In this document: positions 38,757 through 51,949 of the stretch, piece by piece
How the letters are laid out: every line of letters starts with the position of its first letter
Numbering within the stretch: the first letter of the stretch is position 1
Source of the DNA: the human T2T-CHM13v2.0 reference genome, Homo sapiens
DNA: 64,000 nt
Reading direction: 5' to 3' (one strand)
Assembly (NCBI RefSeq): GCF_009914755.1
Contig: NC_060930.1
Program-made: the position numbers and the translations under genes
The notes under the pieces: generated by a model
The model's input: only the letters and a program-made list of their open reading frames with translations
What the model was told of the DNA's origin: nothing
The model's database searches: none

Positions 38757-39568
38757 ACACAAACTAGTCCCAAATCAACAAAACTTAGCAATTATATGTA
38801 TTTAGACCAAAACATGTATTCACAACAAAAGGTATAAGAGATAGAAATTTATTTAGGTGCTACGGGACACGTACTGTAAGAGAAAGATGACAGAATAATT
38901 TAAAGTACAAAAAAAAGCAAAGCTAATCCCTTATACCATTTGCATAATAAATTTGCTAGAATGATTTTATGAAGAGAAATTTAGCTAAAACCTCTGAAAG
39001 CAGACAAGTTACTTATGGACGGTTGCAAGAACAAACTCTCCAATGTGGCAAAACGTGAGCAGAACCAAGAGCAGAGAAAAGCCATCCCGACCTGGTGATC
39101 CTGCTTATCCAGAAGAGAATCTCAGCTCAACTTTAAATTACCCCAAGAAGTATACATCTTAATGTAAGTTTAAATGTTGATCTAAAGAGGGACAGCTCCT
39201 TAGAAACAGGAAGCAACCTTTTATCCAGAGTAATTTATTAAATTTCTGGAGTTGTTTAAAAGTAGCCACCAAATAAGAGCGTGTTCAAGTTAAACACTCA
39301 GCAGACCTTAGTTTCAGCTCTCTCTCGCCTCTCTACATTTTACTGGATTAATCTATTTATAAGTAGAAGAAATACTGTTAACACAGTAACGAAGAGCAAA
39401 TTCTCCTTGTATAAGCTTGTGTTAGATCACACATCCACTGATAGGCAACAACTGGATAAAACTAAACTAATTGAACGATTGTTTATTCAAATAATTGTGA
39501 ACCCAACACAGCCATGCACTTAAAAAAGATTTAAAAAGTAAAAAGAGTCGAGCAAATGTAAACCCTGC
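38757..39568 (+). pseudogene. MT-RNR2: NUMT: 5' half of mitochondrial 16S rRNA
   Basis: gatagaaatt, gtactgtaagagaaagatga, tgcataataaatttgctaga, agaatctcagctcaactttaaat, taaagagggacagctc, agccaccaaataag, aacccaacacag; ends before the humanin region. Confidence 0.93.
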
Positions 39569-39591
39569 AAATGACCGCAAAGCTGCGGGCA

Positions 39592-39668
39592 GGCTGTCAC
39601 CCTGTCCCCCCGCTCCCCGTCCCCCTGTCACTGTCCCCCATCCCCCTGTCCCCCATCCCTGTCCCCAG
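39592..39668. repeat. Low-complexity (TGTCCCC)-like repeat just past the NUMT 3' end
   Basis: Repeated ctgtcccc / tccccc units, giving G-tracts on the minus strand. Confidence 0.7.
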
Positions 39669-39699
39669 TAGAAGGCCACCAGCCATGGACAGCACGTGG

Positions 39700-40100
39700 C
39701 TGGTGCCTCCCACAGCTGCCCGACCTCCACACAGAGGAGAGCTCTGGAGAGGGAAGAGCCTCCACCATCCAGAGCAGACAGCATGGGGCGAGGGGGCGTC
39801 TCTGGACACTCACGGAGATGAACGAGGCCTGCTGGTGAGGCTGCCTCCAGCAACAGTGAGTGAGGAGGTGCTGCCAGGGTGCTGGGGACCGCTGTAGGTG
39901 CTCTCTGAGTCACATGAGGTTTTGAAGGGTTTTGAGGAGGTGAGAAGACACTCAGAGCTTTGTTTTCAGAAGATCCCTCCAGCTGCTGGTAGAGAATGGA
40001 GGGAAGTAGGCCTGGGAGCGGGAAGCCCACTGCCTCTGCCCCAAGCTGCAGAGTGGCCATGGGGTTGGAGGGAAGGAAACTGAGCCCCAGTGTCCCAGGA
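39700..40100 (-). mobile_element. L2 fragment
   Basis: ttgaagggttttgagg...tgttttcagaagatccctccagctgctggtagagaatgga resembles an antisense L2 block. Confidence 0.6.
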
Positions 40101-40292
40101 GGCCTTGGAGACTGGCTGGATTGGAGGGGAGGGAGGGAGAATGCCAGAGGAAGACTGACAGCTCAGTCTGGAGACAGGTGAGCAGTGGGTTTGCAGCTGT
40201 TCCCTGCAGTGCTACCCACAAGGGTCCCCAGCGACAGCAAAGCATGACACCAAGGAAGCTCACATTTTGAGAATTTTACTTATAAATATCAA

Positions 40293-40382
40293 AACCACAT
40301 GGACTCTGGTGACGTCATAATTCACGGTAAACCTCAGCTTTTAAACCAGAGGCTCAGACAATGGTGTGAGTCGCTGACTCAC
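40293..40382. promoter_or_regulatory. RUNX + CRE + AP-1 motif cluster
   Basis: AACCACA 40293-40299, TGACGTCA 40310-40317, TGACTCA 40375-40381. Function is inferred. Confidence 0.4.
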
Positions 40383-40400
40383 TCGGCAGCTGCAAAGTAA

Positions 40401-40880
<480 letters not shown>

Positions 40881-43344
40881 TGACAGAAAAACTTGTGCAG
40901 CCTCCTGGAACAGTGAGCCTTTTTCCTTCTTGATCACTGGGAATAGACATCAATGGGGTTTTGCATATTTCCCTCTCACAGAAATCCTACTGGGCACTTC
41001 AGCGTAGCTTACACAGAAAGGCAGGTGCTGCACTCATCACCGAGGGCAAAGAGACACTCACAATGGCAGCTGAGCCGCGGGTGGGGTGTGCTTGGCAGAG
41101 CATCAGCTCCTGGGCTAGGGAGCGCAGGGGTGCAGGAGTTGATTTGGGATCCCATAGCTTCACTGGAACACTTTGTAAACTGCAAAATTGTATTTTTTGC
41201 AAGGTGGAATTTATTTACTCCTTTCATTTTCTGGGCTTCATTATTCAAATAATTAGTTAAGAGGATCAAAATATGTGTGTGATACTCAGCACATCAGACA
41301 ATATTCTGCTTCTCATGGGCAAACACAGGGGTGTGAAATTCCTTATCGTTAATAAAAGCAGCTCTGTGGGACCCGTTACGTCCCCAAGCTGGAGCACCAC
41401 GCTCCTGTGTGGCCTTCCCTTGTGGTTGTCGAATGTTGTCGTTGTTTGCCAAATGTTGGAATGCTTCTCTGTAAAAGAGTTTCTGGGAAAGTACCAAATC
41501 CTGAGCCCTGAATTCGTCCCTACTCTATTCACATCCTCCTCACTCCTCAGGACCTGTGAGCCTCAGAGCCACCAGGCAGGGCCTTAGCCTGCATTGTCAA
41601 CACCACAGCCCCCTACCTAGAGAGTCTCTGGGATGCCACAGGCATGAACAAAATATGGCAGAAGGGTTGAGTGAGTGAATTAATACATTTTCATGATTAT
41701 TTGACTTCAAAATATTTTCTAAGGCCACATGCAGTTACTCCCTCACTGTGGGATTCATCCACCTTCATAATACTCAACCCCACCCTCCCACACACACAGC
41801 AAGGCTTCCTAGGACAGGCTGAGCATCAAGCTTGGGGCTGCCCCATCTCCAGCTTCCCAAGCCCTGAAGCTCAGACATGAATGCTCTGGTCCTGCCCAGT
41901 GTCTCCCGGGCCCTGATTTGCACCAGTCCCAAACAAAGCCCTGCACCTCCCGGCCCTTCCCCCGGGCAGTTCCCTCTCCCCCATCAGTGGACCTCAGCAC
42001 CGCGCCAGACATGCCTGTGGGAGCCCTGTGTGCAGCCAAAAGCAGCCCAACCGTAGGAATCTGAGTTCTTCCTGCCTTGGGTCATCGTTATCGAGCTTTT
42101 CTGGGAAATTTGGGATCTTAGTGTCTGGCAAAATTTATATTACTTATTTAAGGCAAGTGTTGCAATTTTCCATTTCATAATCAAGTAAAAGCTAGACATA
42201 TTCTTACTAGCCATTAAGAGAACCACAAATGATTTGCTAATTTTTTTCAAAGAAATATTTTTATTTCATATGTTGGCACAAAATGTAATAGTTATTTCTG
42301 GGTTTGGAGCTTTTCCTGAATAAGAATTCTGGATTTAAAATGTTGAAGACTATTTCAATTTTAAAACTAAAAGAAAATATGCAGAACACTATGAAAAGTT
42401 TAATACTGCATAACTTAATGTTATTAAAATGTGTAAAACTTGCAGCATATTAAACTATAAGAGAAACCCAAACTCAAAAAAAGCTACACAAAAGTGGCTA
42501 CAACTAAAATGGACCTAACATAACTCAAAAATTTCTACTTCTGGCCATAAAACAGTAGATACGGTCTCTGAAACCCCAATGTGGCCCTGATAACAGTCAG
42601 TGTGGAGTTGTTAGCATACCAAGAGGAATTCAGCGAAGGGAGGACAGAAAAGCCATCACACTGGTCACCCACTGTGGGCCTCCTGAAATTCTCACCCTGT
42701 CTCTGCAGACCTGCCGCACAGATGAGAAAACTGAGTTTCCAGAGAGCTGAATGATTTGGAGTCACACAGACCTACAGCGCGTGTCCCAACCCTGTGCCTC
42801 TCATTACATAATAGTGCCTGCTTTGTACAAACATTCACTTTCATTCGTGCATGAATGATTTTTTAAGGAAAAGGTTGTAACAGCTGCCTAAGAGTCAGGG
42901 ACCAAAGTTAAGGATCCTGGCCCCTCACCGACTTGCTTTAAGACCTTATACCATTCACTCGGCCTCTACGCCTCCTCTTAGGGCCTTTGCTTGCAGAAGA
43001 TGGTAATTCCACTGACCTGCACCAGCTCACTTGTTGTTAGAGTTAAGTAAGAACATAAAGTAGTGAGATAGGTCGTTTTTCTTTTTATATTTGACTGATG
43101 CTTCAAATATAATTTCATTTCATCTGGAATATATTTTGATAGCAATTTTTCTTTACATCATTTTACTGTTAAACACAATAAACAAATAGGATATTGAGAC
43201 AGAAAAGTTACAAAGATTCTAAACCAATGACTGATGATCTCTGGTATCAAATTTCCTATTAGTTTTGAAGGCCTGGCTGGAAACCCCCTTTTGCTCCATT
43301 TTTATTTCTGACATTGACCCTGCCCCAACCCTGCATAAACCTAG

Positions 43345-44375
43345 GAGGAGATAATCATGGCCCCGTGTGATCCTGGGGGGAGATAATCATGACACCGTGT
43401 GATCCCGGGGGGAGACAATCGTGACACCGTGTGATCCTGGGGGGGAGATAATCATGGCACCGTGTGATCCTGGGGGGAGATAATCATGGCCCCGTGTGAT
43501 CCCGGGGGAGATAATCATGGCCCCGTGTGATCCTGGTGGGAGATAATCATGACACCGCGTGATCCTGGGGGAGACAATTGTGACCCCGTGTGATCCTGGG
43601 GGGGAGATAATCATGGCCCCGTGTGATCCTGGGGGGAGATAATCATGGCCCTGTGTGATCCCGGGGGAGATAATCATGGCCCCGTGTGATCCTGGGGGAG
43701 ACAATCGTGACACCGTGTGATCCTGGGGGGAGATAATCATGACACCGTGTGATCCTGGGGGGAGATAATCATGGCCCCGTGTGATCCTGGGGGAGATAAT
43801 CATGGCCCCGTGTGATCCTAGGGGAGGCAATCATGACACCGTGTGATCCCGGGAAGAGATAATCATGACACCGTGTGATCCTGGTGGGAGATAATCATGG
43901 CCCCGTGTGATCCTGGGGGAGATAATCATGGCCCCGTGTGATCCTGGGGGAGATAATCACGACACCGTGTGATCCTGGGGGAGATAATCACGACACCGTG
44001 TGATCCTGGGGGAGATAATCATGGCCCCGTGTGATCCCGGGGGGAGATAATCACGACACCGTGTGATCCTGGGGGGAGATAATCATGGCCCCGTGTGATC
44101 CTGGGGGGAGATAATCACGACACCGTGTGATCCTGGGGGGAGATAATCACGACACCGTGTGATCCTGGGGGGAGACAATCATGGCCCCGTGTGATCCTGG
44201 GGGAGATAATCATGGCCCCGTGTGATCCTTGGGGTAGATAATGATGACCCTGTGTAATCGTTGGGGTAGATAATCATGGCCCTGCGTAATCCTAGGGTAT
44301 ATAATCATGGCTCCACCTAACCCTGGGAGGAGATAATCATGATCTGTGTCATCCTAGGAGGAGATAATCATGGCT
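43345..44375. repeat. VNTR, ~32-34 bp unit, ~30 copies
   Basis: gagataatcatggccccgtgtgatcctgggggg with a gacacc variant and a variable G-run; degenerate at the 3' edge. Confidence 0.97.
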
Positions 44376-44616
44376 GCGCATTGGGACGCCTCCTTTTCTC
44401 GGCTGGAAGATGTGCCCGGAGCGGACTGAAGTCACTGCTCTTGGTGCATCTGGAATGTCCTTCCAGTGCCTGCTTCTTCCTTTCAATGAGCTCCCTCTGC
44501 CCTTGGAACCCAATTCTCTCCTCAGCAGCAGCTCAGAAGATGACATATCTGTTTTTCCTAAAACCGAACCCTGGTGACCAAACCCTTGATCATGGCCTCA
44601 GAATCAGAGAAGTGTT

Positions 44617-44822
44617 TTTCTCCCTCTCTTTCCACCTTCCGCTCTTTGAATTCTCCTCTGTCCACTCCTTTTCCCAGTTTTCCTTGTTTCTCTCCCTCTC
44701 TTTCCACCTTCCGCTCCTTTGAATTCTCCTCTGTCCACTCCTCTTCCCAGTTTTCCTTGTTTCTCTCCCTCTCTTTCCACCTTCCGCTCCTTTGAATTCT
44801 CCTCTGCCCACTCCTCTTCTCA
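44617..44822. repeat. Pyrimidine-rich tandem repeat, 72-73 bp unit, ~2.7 copies
   Basis: tccctctctttccaccttccgctc recurs at 44621, 44693 and 44766. Confidence 0.9.
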
Positions 44823-45699
44823 TCTCCCCATCTTCCTGTATAATGGGCTTTATGCCTTTGCTTCCCCAAGCCCACTCTGTATTTCCTCCGTCTTTCATGA
44901 TGAACTTTTTCAGGGCAGGTGGTGCATACGGACCTCCCTAACCTCTCCTCCACCCCTTTTTCTACAACTCCAGTTCTCAGCATCTGTGCTCAGCAGTCCC
45001 TGGGAAACACGCTCTCCTGAGGTGCCATTAACATTCTTATCTCCAGACAGAACAGTCTCTCCTCAAATCCCAATTTTGTTGGCTTCTATGCAAAGAGAAG
45101 CAGGAGGTAAAGAGATCTCTTCCCTGGCTCATCCCAGTGGGGAACCTGCGGACTCTGCCAATGAAGAAATGCTGAAGAATTGCAAGAAGGACACTGCTCC
45201 AAAGGAGAGGAGAGGAGTACAGATGCAAAAGGAGCTGTGCACAGCGGGAAAGGTGGCAGGAGCTGCACAGACACCCATTCCAGCGTCATTCTTGCTGCCT
45301 GTAATCAATTCCTGTTCCCTTATTCTGGTGGTCAGTGTTCCTCAACAAATCACGCAGAGCCCCTTCCAACAACTGGGTAATCTTTTTGGCAAAACAGATT
45401 CTGTGCTCTCCAGGGAATCTCAATCTGTGATATGAGATGCCGTCTTGAATTCAAAATGGTGAACCTCTCGGAAGACTCTTCTAATTTAGGTACATTGGAT
45501 TCTAGCTCTTTTGGATGAAAGTGGGAGAAACACAGCTTAGAGACCAGAGAACATTCTCAGCACCTGATCACATCATTGTAGTCCTAGATGTCCACTCAGA
45601 GGTCTTTGCTGAGCACCAACCACTCTTGGAGGAGAACTGCTTGGAAACCAGGATGTAGATGCACAAATGTGCTCTGCCCTGACTCAGCTTGGAGCCCCC

Positions 45700-46183
45700 A
45701 TCAGAGCTGTCTCCCTTTCCAGGAGAGTCTGCCTATCACAGACACTCTTAGTTCCCTGGACTGTGTCTTTTTTGACGAGCTCTGGTGTGAGCTACAGTGA
45801 CAATGGACATTCCTATCACTCTTGACGGCATCCTACCTCAAGTAAACACTGTGTTTCTCACATTTTCTAAACCTACAGGTGGAGGCAGCCCAGAATTATG
45901 GGCAATTAAAGGCATGGAGAGTGAGGGAGTGGGAGGTGAGCTGATGAATAAATGCCTCAGACTCCTTCAGCTGAACATTTCTTCCTGGTTCCTCAACAGG
46001 ATCCTGGGAAAATTGAGCTTCAGTTGCCCACAGCAGTAACCAACTCAATAATGTACACTTTAAATCTCTCTTGTAGGTTCCCTGCTCCCGGGTTCAGCTT
46101 CCTGGGGTCACCTCCAAAAAAAAAATGACTTGACCTCAAGCTCAGATCCAATGCTCTGCTTTAAGACAAAGCCCAATGAAAGT
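45700..46183 (+). mobile_element. LTR16-like ERVL LTR
   Basis: ttgagcttcagttgcccacagcagtaaccaactcaataatg and cttcctggggtcacctcc match recalled LTR16 blocks; start approximate. Confidence 0.65.
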
Positions 46184-47336
46184 TTTCTTCATAGTTAGAG
46201 AATAAACACAAGGAAACTAATTGTATTATTATCAAGGCTATAATTATCATACTTTCATCAACATGAAACCATGATCATCCAGGCCCGAGAGAGCACTCCC
46301 ACACAGATGCTCATGGGCCTTATGGGAAGCCCTCTCCCCTGCAGCTGGGCTCGGACCCTCACTCTCCACCTCCCCCTAGCCCTCAGCCCTAGGGCAGGCC
46401 ATCCTTTTTCCAGTAACACAGTTTTGTTTTGTTTTGTTTTGTTTTTTCCCGAGTCAGCTACAATGGAGCATATTTAAGTTTTGAAAGTGCATTCCATTGG
46501 AAAGTTACACCCAGGACATTTTAAGATTTGGGTGTTTCTTAAACTCTTTAGTGTCCCATTCAGAGGTTATTGCATGGGAGTTGCCTTTGTGATGGTTGAG
46601 CTCATCCACCCTACACTGGTTTATCCTAGGCAAATTCTCCAAGGGTCCCACATTTTATTCCTTCTTAGAGGCTCCTGTCTGTGCTCCTCCCACCTCTCCC
46701 TGGGTCTGGCAAGAGACAGGGGCCTCAAGATGCCTGACTGCCTAAGGTAAGGGGAAAGTGCCGTGCACGCTACCGAGGCCTGGAATGTATCCTTTCCAAA
46801 CACCCGTGGCCTAGCTTTATTCCTGCTGAAAGTGTAATGAAAGTTTTTATTATAAAGAGGTTATGGTATCTCACTGTGGTTTTGATTTGCATTTCTCTAA
46901 TGATCAGTGATGTTGAACTTTTTTTCATGTTTGTTGACCATATGTATGTCTTCTTTTGAAAAGTGTCTGTTCATGGCCTTTGCCCACTTTTTAATGGGGT
47001 TACTTTTAGCTTATAAGTTTTTTATAGATTCTGAATATTAGACCTTTATCAGATGTGGTCTGCAAAAATTTTCTCCCATTCTGTAGGTTGTCTGTCTACT
47101 TTGTTGATAGTTTGTTTTGTCATGCAGAAGCTCTTTAGTTTAACTAGGTCCCATTTGTCAATTTTTGTTTTTGTTGGAATTGCTTTTGGCATGTTTGTCA
47201 TGAAATCTTTGCCAGGGACTTTGTGCAGAGTGGTATTTCCTAGGTTATATTCCAGGGTTTTTATAGCTATAGATTTTATATTTAAGCCTTTAATCTATCT
47301 TGAGTTGACTCACATGAGGCAGGGTGGCTATTTTTA

Positions 47337-48034
47337 TTTTCATTTTTATTATTATTATTATTATACTTTAAGTTTTAGGGTACATGTGCACAATGTGCAG
47401 GTTAGTTACATATGTATACATGTGACATGCTGATGCGCTGCACCCACTAACTCGTCATCTAGCATTAGGTATATCTCCCAGTGCTCTCCCTCCCCCCTCC
47501 CCCCACCCCACAACAGTCCCCAGAGTGTGATGTTCCCCTTCCTGTGTCCATGTGTTCTCATTGTTCAATTCCCACCTATGAGTGAGAATATGCAGTGTTT
47601 GGCTTTTTGTTCTTGTGATAGTTTACTGAGAATGATGATTTCCAATTTCATCCATGTCCCTACAAAGGACATGAACTCATCATTTTTTATGGCTGCATAG
47701 TATTCCATGGTGTATATGTGCCACATTTTCTTAATCCAGTCTATCACTGTTGGACATTTGGGTTGGTTCCAAGTCTTTGCTATTGTGAATAGTGCCACAA
47801 TAAACATACGTGTGCATGTGTCTTTATAGCAGCATGATTTGTAGTCCTTTGGGTATATACCCAGTAGTGGGATGGCTGGGTCAAATGGTATTTCTAGTTC
47901 TAGATCCCTGAGGAATCGCCACACTGACTTCCACAATGGTTGAACTAGTTTACAGTCCCACCAACAGTGTAAAAGTGTTCCTATTTCTCCACATCCTCTC
48001 CAGCACCTGTTGTTTCCTGACTTTTTAATGATTG
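47337..48034 (-). mobile_element. Younger 5'-truncated L1PA nested in the inverted L1
   Basis: [33 protein letters not shown]...FSLIGGN* is the ORF2 C-terminus; TSD agg(g/a)tggctattttta at 47321-47336 and 48035-48050. Confidence 0.96.
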
Positions 48035-48330
48035 AGGATGGCTATTTTTAAAAAGCCAAAAAATAACAGGTGCTGGTACAGTTGCAGAGAGAAGAGGACA
48101 TGTACATACCGCATGTGGGAATGTAACTTAGTTCAGATGTTATGGAAAGCAATTTAGTGGTTTCTCAAAGAACTTAACCATTCAACCCAGCAATCCCATT
48201 ACTGGGTATATACCCAAAGGAATATAAATTATTCTACCAGAAAGACACATGTACCCATGTGTTCATTGCAGCACTGTTCACAATAGCAAACACGGCGTCA
48301 ACCTAAATGCCCATCACCGGTGGACTGGAT

Positions 48331-49940
48331 AAAGAAAATGTGGTGCACACACACCATGGAATACAACGCTAAAGAAAATGTGCACACACACCATGGAATA
48401 CCACGCTAAAGAAAATGTGCACACACACCATGGAATACCACGCTAAAGAAAATGTGCACACACACACCATGGAATACAACGCTAAAGAAAATGTGGTGCA
48501 CACACACCATGGAATACAACGCTAAAGAAAATGTGGTGCACACACACCATGGAATACGACACTAAAGAAAATGTGGTGCACACACACCATGGAATACGAT
48601 GCTAAAGAAAATGTGCACACACACCATGGAATACCACGCTAAAGAAAATGTGCACACACACCATGGAATACAACGCTAAAGAAAATGTGCACACACACAC
48701 ACCATGGAATACGATGCTAAAGAAAATGTGCACGCACACCATGGAATACGACGCTAAAGAAAATGTGCACGCACACCATGGAATACGACGCTAAAGAAAA
48801 TGTGCACACACACCATGGAATACGACAATAAAGAAAATGTGCACACACACCATGGAATACGACAATAAAGAAAATGTGCACACACACCATGGAATACGGT
48901 GCTAAAGAAAATGTGCACACACACACCATGGAATATGACGCTAAAGAAAATGTGGTGCACACACACCATGGAATATGATGCTAAAGAAAATGTGCACACA
49001 CACCATGGAATATGACACTAAAGAAAACGTGGTGCACACACACCATGGAATACGACGCTAAAGAAAATGTGGTGCACACACACCATGGAATACGACGCTA
49101 AAGAAAATGTGGTGCACACACACCATGGAATACGACGCTAAAGAAAATGTGGTGCACACACACCATGGTATACGACGCTAAAGAAAATGTGCACACACAC
49201 CATGGAATACCACGCTAAAGAAAATGTGCACACACACCATGGAATACGACGCTAAAGAAAATGTGCACACACACACCATGGAATACGATGCTAAAGAAAA
49301 TGTGCACACACACACCATGGAATACGACGCTAAAGAAAATGTGCACTCACACCATGGAATACGACGCTAAAGAAAATGTGCACACACACCATGGAATACC
49401 ACGCTAAAGAAAATGTGGTGCACACACACCATGGAATATGATGCTAAAGAAAATGTGCACACACACCATGGAATACGACGCTAAAGAAAATGTGGTGCAC
49501 ACACACCATGGAATACGACGCTAAAGAAAATGTGGTGCACACACACCATGGTATACGATGCTAAAGAAAATGTGCACACACACCATGGAATACGACGCTA
49601 AAGAAAATGTGCACACACACCATGGAATACGACGCTAAAGAAAATGTGCACACACACACCATGGAATACGACGCTAAAGAAAATGTGCACACACACCATG
49701 GAATACGACGCTAAAGAAAATGTGCACACCATGGAATATGACGCTAAAGAAAATGTGGTGCACACACACCATGGAATATGATGCTAAAGAAAATGTGCAC
49801 ACACACCATGGAATATGACACTAAAGAAAACGTGGTGCACACACACCATGGAATACGACACTAAAGAAAATGTGGTGCACACACACCATGGAATACGACG
49901 CTAAAGAAAATGTGGTGAACACACACCACGGAATACTACA
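48331..49940. repeat. L1-derived VNTR, 37-40 bp unit, ~42 copies
   Basis: aaagaaaatgt(ggt)gcacacacaccatggaatacgacgct; the unit corresponds to L1 aaagaaaatgtggtacatatacaccatggaatactac. Confidence 0.97.
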
Positions 49941-50466
49941 CAGCCATAGTGAAGTACAAGGGCATTTCTTCTGCAGCAGCGTGATGGAGCTGGAGGCCAC
50001 TGTCCTTAGCAAACTAACACAGGAACAGAAAACCAAATACCACAGGTTCTCACTTATAAGTGGGAGCTAAATAATGAGAACACATGGACACATAGAGGTG
50101 AACAACACACACTGAGGCCTACTTGAAGGGGAGCGTGAGAGGAGGGTGAGAATCAAAAAACTACGTATCAGGTGCTGTGCCCATTACCTGGGTGACTAAG
50201 TAATCAGTACATCAAACCCATGTGACATACAATTAACCTATATGAATCTGCACTTGAATCCCTGAACCTAAAATAAAAGTTAAAAAACAAACAATAAAGA
50301 GGCTACAGTATAAAAGGCTATTTGTGAGTTCCACTTGTGAATAAGCAGCCTACAACTGATATACGTCGTCTATGCAAAGTTGTTTCACAAGAAAACTGAG
50401 CATCTGGTGATCTTTGCTCCTGACTCTTCTTGCTTACTTTTAATTATTTTAGAAATTCTATACAAA

Positions 50467-50768
50467 TTTTTTTTTTAATTTTGTTTTTATGAAATAGAGT
50501 CTCTCTCTGTCACACAGGCTGGAAAGCATTGGTGCAATCATGGCTCGCTGAAGCTTTGACCTCTCAGGCACAAGCAATCCTCCTGCTTCAGCCTCTCAAG
50601 TAGCTGGGACTACAGGTGCTCACCACCATGCCTGGCTAATTATTTTTTAAATTTTGTGTAGAGACAGGGTCTCACTATGTTGCCCAGCCTTGTCTATAAC
50701 TGCTGGCTCAAGCAGTCCTCCTGCCTTGGCCTCCCAAAGTGCCACCATGTGAACCGCCATGCCTGGCT
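50467..50768 (-). mobile_element. AluJ
   Basis: Diverged dimer with J-type gcaatcatggctc and gagacagggtctcactatgttgcccag. Confidence 0.9.
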
Positions 50769-51949
50769 TAAATTTTTTTTTATTGGTGATCAATGATTGT
50801 ACGTATTTCTGGAGTACATGTGATGTGCAAAGATGCTTGTAATCTGAGTCTACAATTTTCCTCATAAGCAGGTTTACATTAACCTTCACAAGTACTTGTG
50901 TACACACACACAGAAACACGAAATGTGATGGTCAAGATGAAAATGACCACGTATTCTGCTTTTGACATCTTTTGATTTGGGGCAGAATCAATGTGCCTTT
51001 TCTCTGCTTGTAGCTTTGTTGATGCTGAGGTAAATCACATGTTGAAAGCATGTAAGGACAGAAAGTTCTGTCGATGAACGGTCAATCACCTTTGAACGTC
51101 TGCTCCCTCTCTTTGAGGGAAATGCTTTAGGGCAGGTGAATATTCCTGAGTATTCCTTGGAGACGCTTGTGTTCCAGAATTACAACCAAGACCTTTGCTT
51201 TCATGCCACGTCAGGAACATGTGTCCTCTGCTCTTTTCCTCTCAGCCTCAGGGGTGCAGATGTTGGGCTGCGACATGTCTCAAGGAGACAGTTTACCCCT
51301 TCAAGATCCCACAGATCCTTTCTGCATTCCCTGTGAGTGTGCTGACCCTATGCAATTGCAAAGCCACGAGGCCAAGCTTGTGGCCTCTGCTCCCCTTGGG
51401 GCCATCTGGGGGGTCTGGTAAATACTGCTCATCTCCACCCTTAGAATCACCCTGGTGCAGGCTGCACCAGACCTGCCTCCCAGTGCTGGAGAGGGGACAC
51501 CAGGGGTAGAAGTCCCCATAGACAGCCCGGTCAGTGCAGCCATCTCTTCCTCCTGCGCCATCACATCTTTTGAGGGAAGCATCTTCACCTGCTCATTACC
51601 TGCAGGCTGAGATCCCAGGCTCTATACACAGTTGATGGACTGGGTTAGGGGCAAGCGTGAGTAGGGCCCAAGCTCCAGGCACATGTGACTCTGTGTCAGT
51701 TCCCATTCCTCTGGGAAGCATTTTTCCAACTCCCCATAGCTGGACCCTGCCTTGCGTCTTCAATGCAACTCTCCCTGGGTGGGCGCTTTCCTGCCCCCAC
51801 TCTCCATCGCCCTCTCCAAGGGGGGTTCTATGCACAGCTCCCTCCCCCAAACCCCTCTGCCCACCCTCTAGCTCCCGCTAGCCATTTTATTATTCATCTA
51901 ATAGCTACTCCAAAACACCTCAAATTAGCCATTTTGTTTCTTCTATTGA

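Larger units (their letters stand above)
46870..50293 (+). mobile_element. 5'-inverted (twin-primed) older L1PA/L1PB with a nested L1 and an internal VNTR
   Basis: Inverted segment ~46870-47308 and sense segment ~47309-50293 are contiguous in L1 coordinates (gagataccat | ctcaca); TSD ataaagagg(t/c)ta..gtat at 46852-46869 and 50294-50311. Confidence 0.85.

Noticed and set aside
37691-39568. Functional rRNA or tRNA genes, or a humanin-like (MTRNR2L) ORF
   Set aside because: Conserved rRNA motifs are mutated and 16S is truncated before the humanin-coding segment.
44558-45435. ORFs up to 238 aa
   Set aside because: They start in or overlap the 72-bp pyrimidine repeat and show no recognisable domain or clear exon structure.
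43345-49940. CRISPR-like appearance of the 33-40 bp repeat arrays (also 2663-2952)
   Set aside because: The units are contiguous with no unique spacers, there are no cas genes, and the context is primate nuclear DNA.
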